Of a DNA stretch of 64,000 nt, positions 8,211 to 17,548 are shown in pieces. How positions within the stretch are numbered: position 1 is the stretch's first letter; every line of letters starts with the position of its first letter. The translations under genes and the position numbers were made by a program. The stretch is from Candidatus Liberimonas magnetica (GTDB taxonomy: Bacteria; Elusimicrobiota; Endomicrobiia; Endomicrobiales; JAFGIL01), in contig JAJAPY010000019.1 in NCBI GenBank assembly GCA_020523885.1, forward strand, positions 586-64,585. Reading direction: 5' to 3'. Under the pieces are notes generated by a model. That model made no database searches. It saw only the letters and a list, made by a program, of their open reading frames with translations, and was not told the origin of the DNA.

Positions 8211-9643
8211 ACACGCAAAAACTGATAAACGATGACAAAAGGTATATCTGGCACCCGTTTACCCAGATGGCAGACTGGGCCAAAGATGACCCATCTAAAG
8301 CTCTTGTTATAGAACGGGGCAAAGGGAATTATCTTTACGATACTTCCGGCAGAAAATATATAGATGGTGTCTCAAGCCTCTGGGTCACTGTTCACGGGCA
8401 CAATAATACAAATATAAATAATGCTATAAAGGCCCAGTTGTCAAAGATAGCTCATTCCACTTTTCTCGGCCTTACTCATGAACCTGCGATAAAGCTTGGA
8501 AAAGAACTTGTAAAGATCGTTCCTGACGGTTTAACAAGAGTGTTTTATTCAGATAACGGGTCAACGTCAGTTGAGATAGCACTTAAGATGGCATACCAAT
8601 ACTGGAAACACAAAGGAGACAAAAACCGGAATAGTTTTTTATCGCTAAAAAATGCCTATCACGGGGACACTATCGGCTCGGTCTCGGTAGGCGGTACAGA
8701 CCTTTTCCATAAGGCATTTAAAAACCTGCTTTTTAAAACATACTTTGCGCCTTCGCCGTACTGCTTTAGATGCGAACACCGAGTTCAGAGTTCAGAGTTC
8801 GGAGTTCGGAGTAAAAACCTTAAACATCATTGTAAATTAATGGGTTGTAGCGGGCAATGCATAGCGGGCGTTGAAAGCATACTGAAAAAACACGGCAAGG
8901 AAATTGCAGGGGGTATTGTTGAGCCGATGATACAGGGGGCTTCGGGCATGCTTACTATGCCGCCGGGGTATATGAAAGAATTTGAAAAAATTATCAAAAA
9001 ATATGGGATACTTCTTATCTGTGATGAGGTAGCTACTGGTTTTGGAAGGACAGGCAGGATGTTTGCCTGCGAGCATGAAAATATCAAGCCTGACCTCATG
9101 TGCGTGGCTAAAGGCATAACCGGAGGGTATTTGCCGCTTGCAGCGACATTTGCCACGGAAAAAATATATAAAGCTTTTCTTGGCAGGTATGAAGAATTTA
9201 AAACGTTTTTTCACGGCCATACTTATACGGCAAACCCTCTGGGCTGCGCCGCAGCTCTTGCGAACTTGGAGATATTTAAGGATGATAAGGTCCTAAACAA
9301 AATACAGGATAAGATAAAGTGTTTAGAAAAAGAACTGCAGAATTTAAAATATCTGGAATTTGTAGGTGATATAAGGCATATCGGCCTCATGGCAGGGATC
9401 GAGCTTATAAAAAGTATAGATATAGGTAAAGGTAGAAATAAAGGGAAAAATAGAATAGAGGATTTTGAAGCTAGAGATAAAATAGGCGCAAAAGTATGCG
9501 CCCAATGCAGGAATTATGGGGTATTGCTAAGGCCTTTAGGGAATGTTATCGTGCTTATGCCGCCTTTAAGCATAACAAATAACGAAATAAAAAAGATTGT
9601 CGAAAGTATAAAAAACTCTGTATTGAAAATATGCAAAAAATAG
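8192..9643 (+). CDS. bioA: adenosylmethionine-8-amino-7-oxononanoate aminotransferase
   Basis: WHPFTQM, DEVATGFGRTG and KGITGGYLP (PLP Lys) are class-III aminotransferase motifs of the BioA type. Confidence 0.9.
   Translation: MADRAINTQKLINDDKRYIWHPFTQMADWAKDDPSKALVIERGKGNYLYDTSGRKYIDGVSSLWVTVHGHNNTNINNAIKAQLSKIAHSTFLGLTHEPAIKLGKELVKIVPDGLTRVFYSDNGSTSVEIALKMAYQYWKHKGDKNRNSFLSLKNAYHGDTIGSVSVGGTDLFHKAFKNLLFKTYFAPSPYCFRCEHRVQSSEFGVRSKNLKHHCKLMGCSGQCIAGVESILKKHGKEIAGGIVEPMIQGASGMLTMPPGYMKEFEKIIKKYGILLICDEVATGFGRTGRMFACEHENIKPDLMCVAKGITGGYLPLAATFATEKIYKAFLGRYEEFKTFFHGHTYTANPLGCAAALANLEIFKDDKVLNKIQDKIKCLEKELQNLKYLEFVGDIRHIGLMAGIELIKSIDIGKGRNKGKNRIEDFEARDKIGAKVCAQCRNYGVLLRPLGNVIVLMPPLSITNNEIKKIVESIKNSVLKICKK
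8781..8812 (+). repeat. heptamer tandem repeat (GAGTTCR x 4.5) inside bioA
   Basis: gagttca gagttca gagttcg gagttcg gagt, encoding RVQSSEFGVRS between the CFRC and CKLMGCSGQC cysteine segments. Confidence 0.8.
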
Positions 9644-9685
9644 TGTAGAATGAATACGTAATATTAATATTTTAAGGAGTGAGAA

Positions 9686-11074
9686 ATGGAAACAAGGGTA
9701 AGGATAGATTTCACGAATTGTTTGAAAGAATCAGTCGGAGAACCGGGGTTGTCGTTAGAAGAGATTAAAGTTATGCAGCCAAAAATTACCAGCGCTTTTA
9801 CTGCTATAAATGAAATGAAAAGTCAGGGAAAACTCGGGTTTATGGAACTTCCCTATAAAGAGGGTGAAGCAAAAACCATAAAAGCCCTGGCTAAGAAGCT
9901 TTCTCCTAAATTTGAGAACTTTGTAGTTATAGGCATAGGGGGCTCGGCGCTCGGCAATATCGCCGTCCAACAGGCGCTCCGGCACCCTCAGTGGAACCTG
10001 CTCGGTAAAAAAGAGAGGAAAGGTTTCCTGAAGCTTTTTGTTACAGATAATGTGGACCCTGATTTTATCGGCGGGATAATAGATGTAATTGATTTTAAAA
10101 AGACATTGTTCAATATAATCTCCAAATCAGGAAGTACAGCGGAATGCCTCGCAAATTATTTCATATTAAAAAAGATATTGCAGAAAAAAGCAGGCAAAAA
10201 ATATAACGAGCATATAATCGTTACGACAGACGAGAAAAAAGGGTATTTGAGGGAAACCGTTGAAAAAGAAAAGCTTTTAAGTTTTGTTGTCCCTTCGAAC
10301 GTCGGAGGAAGGTTCTCGGTATTGTCTGCCGTGGGTCTTTTATCAGCGGCCTTTACCGGGATAGATATAGAGAAACTGCTCAGCGGTGCAAAAGAAATGG
10401 ATGCTGTATGTTCAAGCGGCAATATATTTGAGAACCCGGCGGCTATGTATGCGACTATCCAGTATCTTTTCTATTGGGCTAAAAGGCCGATGTCGGTCAT
10501 GATGCCGTATTCAAATGCTATGTACGGTTTTGCGGACTGGTACAGGCAGCTTTGGGCGGAAAGCCTCGGGAAAAAACTTGACAAGCGCGGCGATGTTGTA
10601 AATGTCGGGCCAACGCCTATCAAAGCCCTCGGTGCCACGGATCAACATTCACAGGCCCAGCTTTATATGGAAGGTCCTGCTGATAAGATAATAAATTTTG
10701 TTTCTGTAGAAAACTTCAACAAAACTTTAAAGATACCGCCTTATGATAACCATTATCTGGCGGGCCGCACTTTAAACGAGCTGTTAAAATCGGAAGAAGA
10801 AGCGACGAGGCTTGCGTTAACAAAGATGGGAAGGCCTAACCTCACGATCAACCTGCCGAAAGTCGTCCCTGAAACGGTCGGTCAGTACCTTTATATGCTG
10901 GAACTTGCAACTGCATACACAGGAGAGCTTTTTAATATAAATGCGTTTGACCAGCCCGGAGTGGAACTGGGGAAACAATTGACTTATGCGTTGATGGGCA
11001 GGGCCGGTTATGAAGATAAGATGAAGGATATCCAGGAACAAAGAGATAAAATAACACAAAAATACATAATATAA
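9686..11074 (+). CDS. pgi: glucose-6-phosphate isomerase (short bacterial/archaeal type)
   Basis: IGIGGSALG, ISKSGSTAE, VGGRFSVLSAVGL and DQHSQAQL motifs; 462 aa. Confidence 0.85.
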   Translation: METRVRIDFTNCLKESVGEPGLSLEEIKVMQPKITSAFTAINEMKSQGKLGFMELPYKEGEAKTIKALAKKLSPKFENFVVIGIGGSALGNIAVQQALRHPQWNLLGKKERKGFLKLFVTDNVDPDFIGGIIDVIDFKKTLFNIISKSGSTAECLANYFILKKILQKKAGKKYNEHIIVTTDEKKGYLRETVEKEKLLSFVVPSNVGGRFSVLSAVGLLSAAFTGIDIEKLLSGAKEMDAVCSSGNIFENPAAMYATIQYLFYWAKRPMSVMMPYSNAMYGFADWYRQLWAESLGKKLDKRGDVVNVGPTPIKALGATDQHSQAQLYMEGPADKIINFVSVENFNKTLKIPPYDNHYLAGRTLNELLKSEEEATRLALTKMGRPNLTINLPKVVPETVGQYLYMLELATAYTGELFNINAFDQPGVELGKQLTYALMGRAGYEDKMKDIQEQRDKITQKYII

Positions 11075-11152
11075 CAATACAATGACTAAAGCCCAATGAA
11101 AATATATTTTATGATTTAGGATTTATTCTGTTAGTCATTATGAGGTTAAGTA

Positions 11153-12238
11153 ATGCGGATAGTAATTAAAATAGGCACAAATTTATTGACAACCCAAGAT
11201 TCCTGCCTGGACAATAAGAGGATAAAAAGTATTGCGCAAGACGTGGCAGCCTTGAAAAAGGACGGGCACCAGATAGTTATTGTTACGTCCGGCGCTATTT
11301 GTGCCGGCATGGGTAAATTGAAGCTAAACGTAAAACCCGCAGACTTAAAAGAAAAGCAGGCGCTGGCAGCTATAGGCCAGCCGATCCTTATGGATACCTA
11401 CAAAGAATATTTTGATGATGCCGGCATTGTCATAGCCCAGTTGCTTCTGACTAGGAGCGATTTTGACCAGAGGCAGAATTATTTGAATGCCCGCAGTACT
11501 CTTTTTAAGCTGCTGGATATGGGGGCTGTACCCATAATTAATGAGAACGATACGGTGGCTGTAGAAGAGATCAATTTCGGAGAGAACGATACCCTTGCGG
11601 CTTTAGTGGCTGCAAAGATTTCTGCCCAGTGTTTGATACTTTTAACCGATGTGGATGGTTTATACAAAGGAGCTGTGGGCAAAAGCGAGATAATAGCTAA
11701 GGTTGACAAGATAACCGATGATATAGAGAAATATGCAACCGTTGTTTCATCAAGCGGCAAAGGAAGCGGCGGTATGCTCAGCAAAATAAATGCCGCGAAA
11801 ATAGCGGCTGCAAACGGCGTAAAAACCTTTATAGTAAACGGATTAAAAGAAAACGCTATAATCAAGGCAGCAAGCGGCCAGGAGATAGGGACGGTTTTTA
11901 TGCCGAGGCAGGCTCTTGAGCCTAGAAAATGCTGGATAGCTTTTGGAGCAAAATGCCGGGGCAAGATCATCATAGATGACGGCGCCGTAACCGCTATAAG
12001 AGAAAGGAAAAAAAGCCTGCTTCCCTCGGGCATTGTCGCAGTCGATGGAAAATTTGAAATAGGAGACACAATAAGCATATCCGACAGGTCCGGAAAAGAG
12101 GTAGCGCGCGGCCTTACATATTATTCCAGCGAAGTGCTTGATAAGATCAAAAAAAAGAAATCATCCGAAATAAAAAAAATCTTGCCTAATGTAGATTACG
12201 AAGAAGCAGTCCACCGCGACAACTTAGTCATTTTATAA
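11153..12238 (+). CDS. proB: glutamate 5-kinase with C-terminal PUA domain
   Basis: IVIKIGTN, VTSGAI, NENDTV and a C-terminal PUA-like region (GIVAVDGKFEIGD...ARGLTYYSS). Confidence 0.9.
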   Translation: MRIVIKIGTNLLTTQDSCLDNKRIKSIAQDVAALKKDGHQIVIVTSGAICAGMGKLKLNVKPADLKEKQALAAIGQPILMDTYKEYFDDAGIVIAQLLLTRSDFDQRQNYLNARSTLFKLLDMGAVPIINENDTVAVEEINFGENDTLAALVAAKISAQCLILLTDVDGLYKGAVGKSEIIAKVDKITDDIEKYATVVSSSGKGSGGMLSKINAAKIAAANGVKTFIVNGLKENAIIKAASGQEIGTVFMPRQALEPRKCWIAFGAKCRGKIIIDDGAVTAIRERKKSLLPSGIVAVDGKFEIGDTISISDRSGKEVARGLTYYSSEVLDKIKKKKSSEIKKILPNVDYEEAVHRDNLVIL

Positions 12239-12365
12239 ATATTGAGCCCCACGGGCAGGCCCGTGGTACCAAAATCCCTACCACCTACGGTGGGGCGAAA
12301 TCCCGCTTGATTTACGGATAAACCTGTAGTTTTTAAGCGGCGGGATAAATAAATTTACAATTAAA

Positions 12366-12399
12366 AATAGGCTTTTGTATATAACTAAGCCTATTTTTT
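12366..12399 (+). terminator. rho-independent terminator after proB
   Basis: 9-bp stem aataggctt/aagcctatt, 12-nt loop, followed by a T6 run. Confidence 0.65.
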
Positions 12400-12421
12400 G
12401 ATATATAAGGATATAAGATAA

Positions 12422-13969
12422 ATGAAAAAAAGATTGCTGCTAGTCTTTTTTGGATTATTCTTTAGTTTGATATTGCTTGAAGCAGGCCTGCGCCTGGGCG
12501 GTTTTATATATAATTCCAGGCAGGAGATAAGGAACAGAGAAGAGCTGAAGAAGAAGAAACAGGTTTACAGAATATTGTGTTTAGGTGAATCAACAACGCA
12601 GGGAGAATATCCGAAATATCTTGAAGAAGTATTAAATAACAGGGATATAGGGATAAGGTTCAGTGTGATAGACAAGGGCAGGCAAGCGACTACAACGACG
12701 TTTATATTAGCAAAGCTTGAAGAAGATCTTGATAAATATAAACCGGATATGGTCATAACCATGATTGGAGTAAATGATGACCGGACAGATATGGTATACG
12801 AATATGAAAATGGTGGAATAAAAAGCCTTATTAAATCAATTAAAATATATAAACTAGCAAGGTTGCTAGAACAGCATATAAAGAGAAGGATAGAAGAATT
12901 AAGTACGATTAAAGGAAACATAAAGCAGAATAGAGTAGAAGAAATCAATGAATTAAGCAGTAAGAAACTATTAGAAGCAAAAGGAAAAGAAAGTGGAAAC
13001 AAGATAGTCGGAACCCATGCGGATAATGAAGTAAAGTATGCGCAAGAATGGAGTTTTTGCAGTGAAAAAGAAGAGCCGATACTTAAGAAAACAATAGAAA
13101 GTGATCCCAATAACAAAAATAAATATATAGAATTAGTTAAATTTTATATAGAATCAGGAAAGTATGGAAAAGCTATGAGTGTATCTAAAAAGCTGATAGC
13201 TTTAAATCCAATAGATAAATTGGGGTATTTTTATTTAATGAGAATAAAACAATATGTAAAAGAAGAATCAAAGTATAGAAAAGCAATACAGATAAACCCA
13301 AAAGATCAAGAAGCGAATTTAAAGTTGGGTCATTTTTATGAAAGAATAGGTAGTTCTAATGAGGCAGAGAAAATTTATGAAAAAGCAATAAAATCAGGTG
13401 TAAATAACGAATCAATATATTCTCGTTTAGCTAATTGTTATAGGCGTGAAAATAAGTATGAAGAAGCAATGGCTATGTATAAGAAAGCAATAGAGCTAAA
13501 TCCTGAAAAAATAATGTTATTTTATCTGCTTGAAGAGATTTACAGGAAGCAAGGAAAAGGAAAAGAAGCAGAAGAAATCATGAACAAAATAGTTGATAAA
13601 GGGAAAGGGCCATTAAGAATAAAGTATTTGAGGCCTAATGAGGGGTATGAATCAGAATATTTTGGAAGGCCTGTAATATATAACTACAAAAAGTTAAGTG
13701 GAGTATTAAAAAAGAGGGGAATAAGATATATATGCATGCAATACCCTCTAAGGAAGATAGGAATATTGAGAAATATATTTTATAAAGATAAAGATATAGT
13801 ATTCGTTGACAATGAGAAGATATTCACGGATGTCGTTCAGAAAGAAGGGTATGATGAATATTTTAGAGATATATTTGCAGGAGATTTCGGCCATTGTACG
13901 ATAAAGGGCAATAAACTTTTAGCCAAGAACATAGCAGATACGATAATAAAAGAAGTATTTCATAAATAA
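12422..13969 (+). CDS. membrane-anchored SGNH/GDSL-like hydrolase split by an internal TPR array (paralog 1 of 4)
   Basis: N-terminal TM helix, CLGESTTQ (block I Ser), MIGVNDD (block III), about 5 degenerate TPRs, then C-terminal YICMQYP...VFVDNE...GDFGHCTIKGNKLLA (block V His). Confidence 0.65.
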   Translation: MKKRLLLVFFGLFFSLILLEAGLRLGGFIYNSRQEIRNREELKKKKQVYRILCLGESTTQGEYPKYLEEVLNNRDIGIRFSVIDKGRQATTTTFILAKLEEDLDKYKPDMVITMIGVNDDRTDMVYEYENGGIKSLIKSIKIYKLARLLEQHIKRRIEELSTIKGNIKQNRVEEINELSSKKLLEAKGKESGNKIVGTHADNEVKYAQEWSFCSEKEEPILKKTIESDPNNKNKYIELVKFYIESGKYGKAMSVSKKLIALNPIDKLGYFYLMRIKQYVKEESKYRKAIQINPKDQEANLKLGHFYERIGSSNEAEKIYEKAIKSGVNNESIYSRLANCYRRENKYEEAMAMYKKAIELNPEKIMLFYLLEEIYRKQGKGKEAEEIMNKIVDKGKGPLRIKYLRPNEGYESEYFGRPVIYNYKKLSGVLKKRGIRYICMQYPLRKIGILRNIFYKDKDIVFVDNEKIFTDVVQKEGYDEYFRDIFAGDFGHCTIKGNKLLAKNIADTIIKEVFHK

Positions 13970-13972
13970 GCC

Positions 13973-15499
13973 ATGAAAAAAAAGGTTGTATTAATATTTT
14001 TAGGAGTAATATTTAGCTTGGTATTGATTGAAGCAGGCCTGCGCCTGGGCGGTTTTATATATAATTCCAGGCAGGAAATAAGAAACAGGGAAGAGCTGAA
14101 GAAGAAACAGGTTTGCAGAATATTGTGTTTAGGTGAATCAACAACGCAAAAGCAGTATCCGAAATATCTTGAAGAAGAATTAAATAACAGGGATATAGGG
14201 ATTAAGTTCAGCGTGATAGATAAAGGAAGGGCAGGCACTAATACGAACTTTATAGCAGCTAAGCTTGAAGAAGACCTGGATCGGTATAAACCGGATATGA
14301 TAATAACGATGATGGGTATAAATGATGGCAGGGATGATATAGTATTTGAATATGAAAATGGCGGAAGAAAAAGCCTTATAAGATCAATTAAAATATATAA
14401 GCTGGCAAGGTTATTAAAGCTGCATATAAACAGCAAGCTGGCAGAGGTAAATAAAATTAACGATAGCATAGAAAAAACAGATTACAATAATGAAATAATG
14501 TGTGTAAAGAAAGGGCATTATTACATGGACAGGGGAGAATATGAGAAGGCAGAAGAGATGTTTAGAAGAGCACTGGAGTTAAATCCAAAGTCAGTATGGA
14601 ATTATACAATATTAGGAAGCTTGTACAGGGATTTAAATAGAAATGAAGAAGCAGAAAAGATGTACCAAGGAGCGATAAATATAAACCCAAAATATGATCA
14701 GGGGTATTTAGGGTTAGGGGATTGTTTTTTTAAAAAAGGAAAGTATAAAGACGCAGAAGCTATGTATAAGGAAGCACTGGAGTTAAATCCAAAGTCAGTA
14801 TGGAATTACAAAGCCTTAGGAGACTTTTACGAGGATTTAAATAGAAATGAAGAAGCAGAAAAGATATATCAAAGGGCGATACAGATAAACCCTGATAGTG
14901 ATAGGGTATATTTCTGGTTAGGAGATTATTTTTTAGAAAGAGGAAGGTACGAAGAAGCAGAAAAAATGTATAAAAAGTCGATACAAATAAATCCAAAAAA
15001 TGAAATAACATATAAAAAGTTAAGTGACTCTTATAGGAAGCAAAAGAAATATTCAGAATCAATGAAAATATTTGATCAAGGCGTAAAAGTTGAAAAAGTT
15101 ATTCAAGGCAGAGATGATGTTGTAGATGATGAAAAAAAGTTAGTATTAAAAAAACTAGGCAAAGAAAAACCATTCAAATCAAAATATTTCGGGGCGGCTG
15201 CGATATATAACTATAAAAAGTTAAGAAAGATCGTGAAAAAAAGAGGGATAAAGTATGTTTGTGTTCAATACCCAACGCGTAAGTTGGATGATTTAAAATC
15301 AATATTTAAGGAAGATGAAGATATAGTATTTGTGGATAATGAAAAGACATTTAAGGAAGCAGTTAAAGAAGAAGGGTATAATGAATATTTCATAGATAGA
15401 ATGGCTGAAAATTTCGGCCATTGCACGTTAAAAGGCAATAAGCTCTTAGCCAGGAATATAGCTGATGCGATAATAAAGGAGGTTTTTAACAGGCAATAA
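13973..15499 (+). CDS. SGNH-like/TPR paralog 2 of 4
   Basis: Same N- and C-terminal modules as paralog 1 (CLGESTTQ, MMGINDG, ENFGHCTLKGNKLLA) with about 5 TPR units between. Starts 3 nt after paralog 1 ends. Confidence 0.65.
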   Translation: MKKKVVLIFLGVIFSLVLIEAGLRLGGFIYNSRQEIRNREELKKKQVCRILCLGESTTQKQYPKYLEEELNNRDIGIKFSVIDKGRAGTNTNFIAAKLEEDLDRYKPDMIITMMGINDGRDDIVFEYENGGRKSLIRSIKIYKLARLLKLHINSKLAEVNKINDSIEKTDYNNEIMCVKKGHYYMDRGEYEKAEEMFRRALELNPKSVWNYTILGSLYRDLNRNEEAEKMYQGAININPKYDQGYLGLGDCFFKKGKYKDAEAMYKEALELNPKSVWNYKALGDFYEDLNRNEEAEKIYQRAIQINPDSDRVYFWLGDYFLERGRYEEAEKMYKKSIQINPKNEITYKKLSDSYRKQKKYSESMKIFDQGVKVEKVIQGRDDVVDDEKKLVLKKLGKEKPFKSKYFGAAAIYNYKKLRKIVKKRGIKYVCVQYPTRKLDDLKSIFKEDEDIVFVDNEKTFKEAVKEEGYNEYFIDRMAENFGHCTLKGNKLLARNIADAIIKEVFNRQ

Positions 15500-15503
15500 G
15501 AAA

Positions 15504-17543
15504 ATGAGATTAAAAAAGACAGGATTAATATTATTAGGGGTATTGGCAAGTTTGGTATTGCTTGAAACGGGCTTGCGCATAAGCGGGTTTATATACACTT
15601 CAAAACAGGAGCTAAGGAACAAGGAAGAGCTGAATAAGAAAGGGGTATACAGGATACTATGTTTAGGGGAATCGATGACACGAGAGCAGTATCCGAAATA
15701 TCTGGAGGATGAGCTAAATAGCAGAGGTATAGGAATAAAGTTCAGCGTGATAGATAAAGGCAAAGGCGGGGTATTTACAAATTTCATATTAGCAAGTTTA
15801 GAAAACAATTTAGATAAATACAGGCCTGATATGGTAGTAACAATGATGGGGGCAATGGATGGCAGCAGCGATGTGGTATATGAATATGATAAGTCAGGAA
15901 GTTATTATAGGAAGCTGAAGGTATATAAACTGTTTAAGTTAATAAAACTGCACATGAAAAGTAAGCTTGGAGAGATGGAAAAAGCTATAGGAAGGGTGAC
16001 AAAGAAATCCGGTGAAGGTATAAAAGAGTTGAGCTGGGGTAAGTTGTTAAAATGGAAAATTACCGGAAGAGGCGATAATTATAAAGAAACTGATGGCGAA
16101 GCAAAAAAGCCTTCAGAAGTTAGTGTAAGTTATGTGATAAAAGGGCACTTTTACAGGGATAGAAAAGAATATAAAGAAGCAGAAGAGATGTATAAGAAGG
16201 CAATAGAAGCAAGCCCGGATTATGACCAGGGGTATTTGGGGTTAGGGGATTGTTATAGGAACACGGGCAGATATGAAGAAGCAGAACAGGTATATAAGAA
16301 AGCGCTGAAGATAAATCCAAAGTCAGAATGGAATTATGCAGTATTAGGAGATTTATTCAGGGGTTTAAAAAGGCATGAAGAAGCAGAACAGATGTATAAG
16401 AAGTCAGTAGAAGTAAACCCTAATTATGATCATGGATATTTAGGGCTGGGAGATAATTATAGGGATGAGCTAAAATATGAAGAAGCCGGGGAGATGTACA
16501 ATAAAGCTATAGGACTAAATCCGAAAAATGACCAGGGCTATATGGGGTTAGGGGATTGTTATAGGAATGAGCGAAAGTATAAAGAAGCCGAGGAAATGTA
16601 TAGCAAAGCGATGGAGCTGAATCCGAAGAACGAGAGCACATATATAAATTTAGGCAGTTGTTACAGCCGGGAAGGAAAGTATAAGGAAGCTGAGAAGGTT
16701 TTTAAAAAAGCGATGAAACTGAACCCGAAAAATGCTGATACGTATATTAGCCTAGGAGATAGCTATAGAGATGGGCAGAAATATAAAAAAGCAGATGAGA
16801 TGTACAGGAAAGCGGTTGAGCTAGATCCAAAGAACGAAAGCGCATATGGGAGTATCGGGGATCGTTATATGGATGAGCGAAAGTATAAGGAAGCTGAAGA
16901 AGTTTTTAAAAAGATTTTAGAAATAGTTCCTAAAAGCGAATGGGCCTACAGCAATTTAGCCACTATTTACTGGAATCAACGTAAGTTTAAAGAAACCGAA
17001 GAAGTATATAAAAAAATGTTAGAAATAAACCCGGCACAGAGGGATGCTTTCTACGGCCTTTCTGTCCTTTATGAAGCACAAAATAAATATAAACAGGCAG
17101 AGAAGATGTTAAAAGAAGGTGCGAAACCGGAAGAAGATGATAAAAGATCAGATGAAAACATAAATGTGACAATTGATGACGATATGGGGATGAAGCATCA
17201 GGTAATAAAAGAAAAAAGCAGGTCGTTATATTTTGGTTCAGGAACAGTATATAATTATAAAGCGCTGAGGATGATATTAAAGAAAAGAGGGGTAACGTAT
17301 GTATGCGTTCAATACCCTAGGCGGAAAGTGGAAGATATGAAAGATATATTTAATTATGACAAAGATATGATATATGTAGACAATGAAAAGACATTTAAGG
17401 AAGCAATGAAGAAAGAGGGGTATGATAAATATTTCAAGGACAGGACTTGTGGCGAATTTGGCCATTGCACGGTAAAAGGCAATAAGCTCCTGGCCAAGAA
17501 CATAGCCGATGCGATAATGAAGGAAGTATTTAAGAGGCAATAA
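15504..17543 (+). CDS. SGNH-like/TPR paralog 3 of 4 (longest, most diverged flanks)
   Basis: CLGESMTRE, MMGAMDG, about 11 TPR units with consensus YKEAEEMYKKAxELNPKN, C-terminal GEFGHCTVKGNKLLA. Confidence 0.65.
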   Translation: MRLKKTGLILLGVLASLVLLETGLRISGFIYTSKQELRNKEELNKKGVYRILCLGESMTREQYPKYLEDELNSRGIGIKFSVIDKGKGGVFTNFILASLENNLDKYRPDMVVTMMGAMDGSSDVVYEYDKSGSYYRKLKVYKLFKLIKLHMKSKLGEMEKAIGRVTKKSGEGIKELSWGKLLKWKITGRGDNYKETDGEAKKPSEVSVSYVIKGHFYRDRKEYKEAEEMYKKAIEASPDYDQGYLGLGDCYRNTGRYEEAEQVYKKALKINPKSEWNYAVLGDLFRGLKRHEEAEQMYKKSVEVNPNYDHGYLGLGDNYRDELKYEEAGEMYNKAIGLNPKNDQGYMGLGDCYRNERKYKEAEEMYSKAMELNPKNESTYINLGSCYSREGKYKEAEKVFKKAMKLNPKNADTYISLGDSYRDGQKYKKADEMYRKAVELDPKNESAYGSIGDRYMDERKYKEAEEVFKKILEIVPKSEWAYSNLATIYWNQRKFKETEEVYKKMLEINPAQRDAFYGLSVLYEAQNKYKQAEKMLKEGAKPEEDDKRSDENINVTIDDDMGMKHQVIKEKSRSLYFGSGTVYNYKALRMILKKRGVTYVCVQYPRRKVEDMKDIFNYDKDMIYVDNEKTFKEAMKKEGYDKYFKDRTCGEFGHCTVKGNKLLAKNIADAIMKEVFKRQ

Positions 17544-17548
17544 AAGAC

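Noticed and set aside
11479-12078. 199-aa ORF on the minus strand inside proB
   Set aside because: It lies wholly antisense to a well-supported proB and has a low-complexity Ala/Ser/Ile-rich translation. This is a typical shadow ORF.
12565-14469. Minus-strand ORFs of 183 and 169 aa across the first two SGNH-TPR paralogs
   Set aside because: They are antisense to strongly patterned coding sequence. Their Ser/Leu/Ile-rich translations simply mirror the Lys/Glu-rich sense frame, and they recur only because the sense genes are paralogs.
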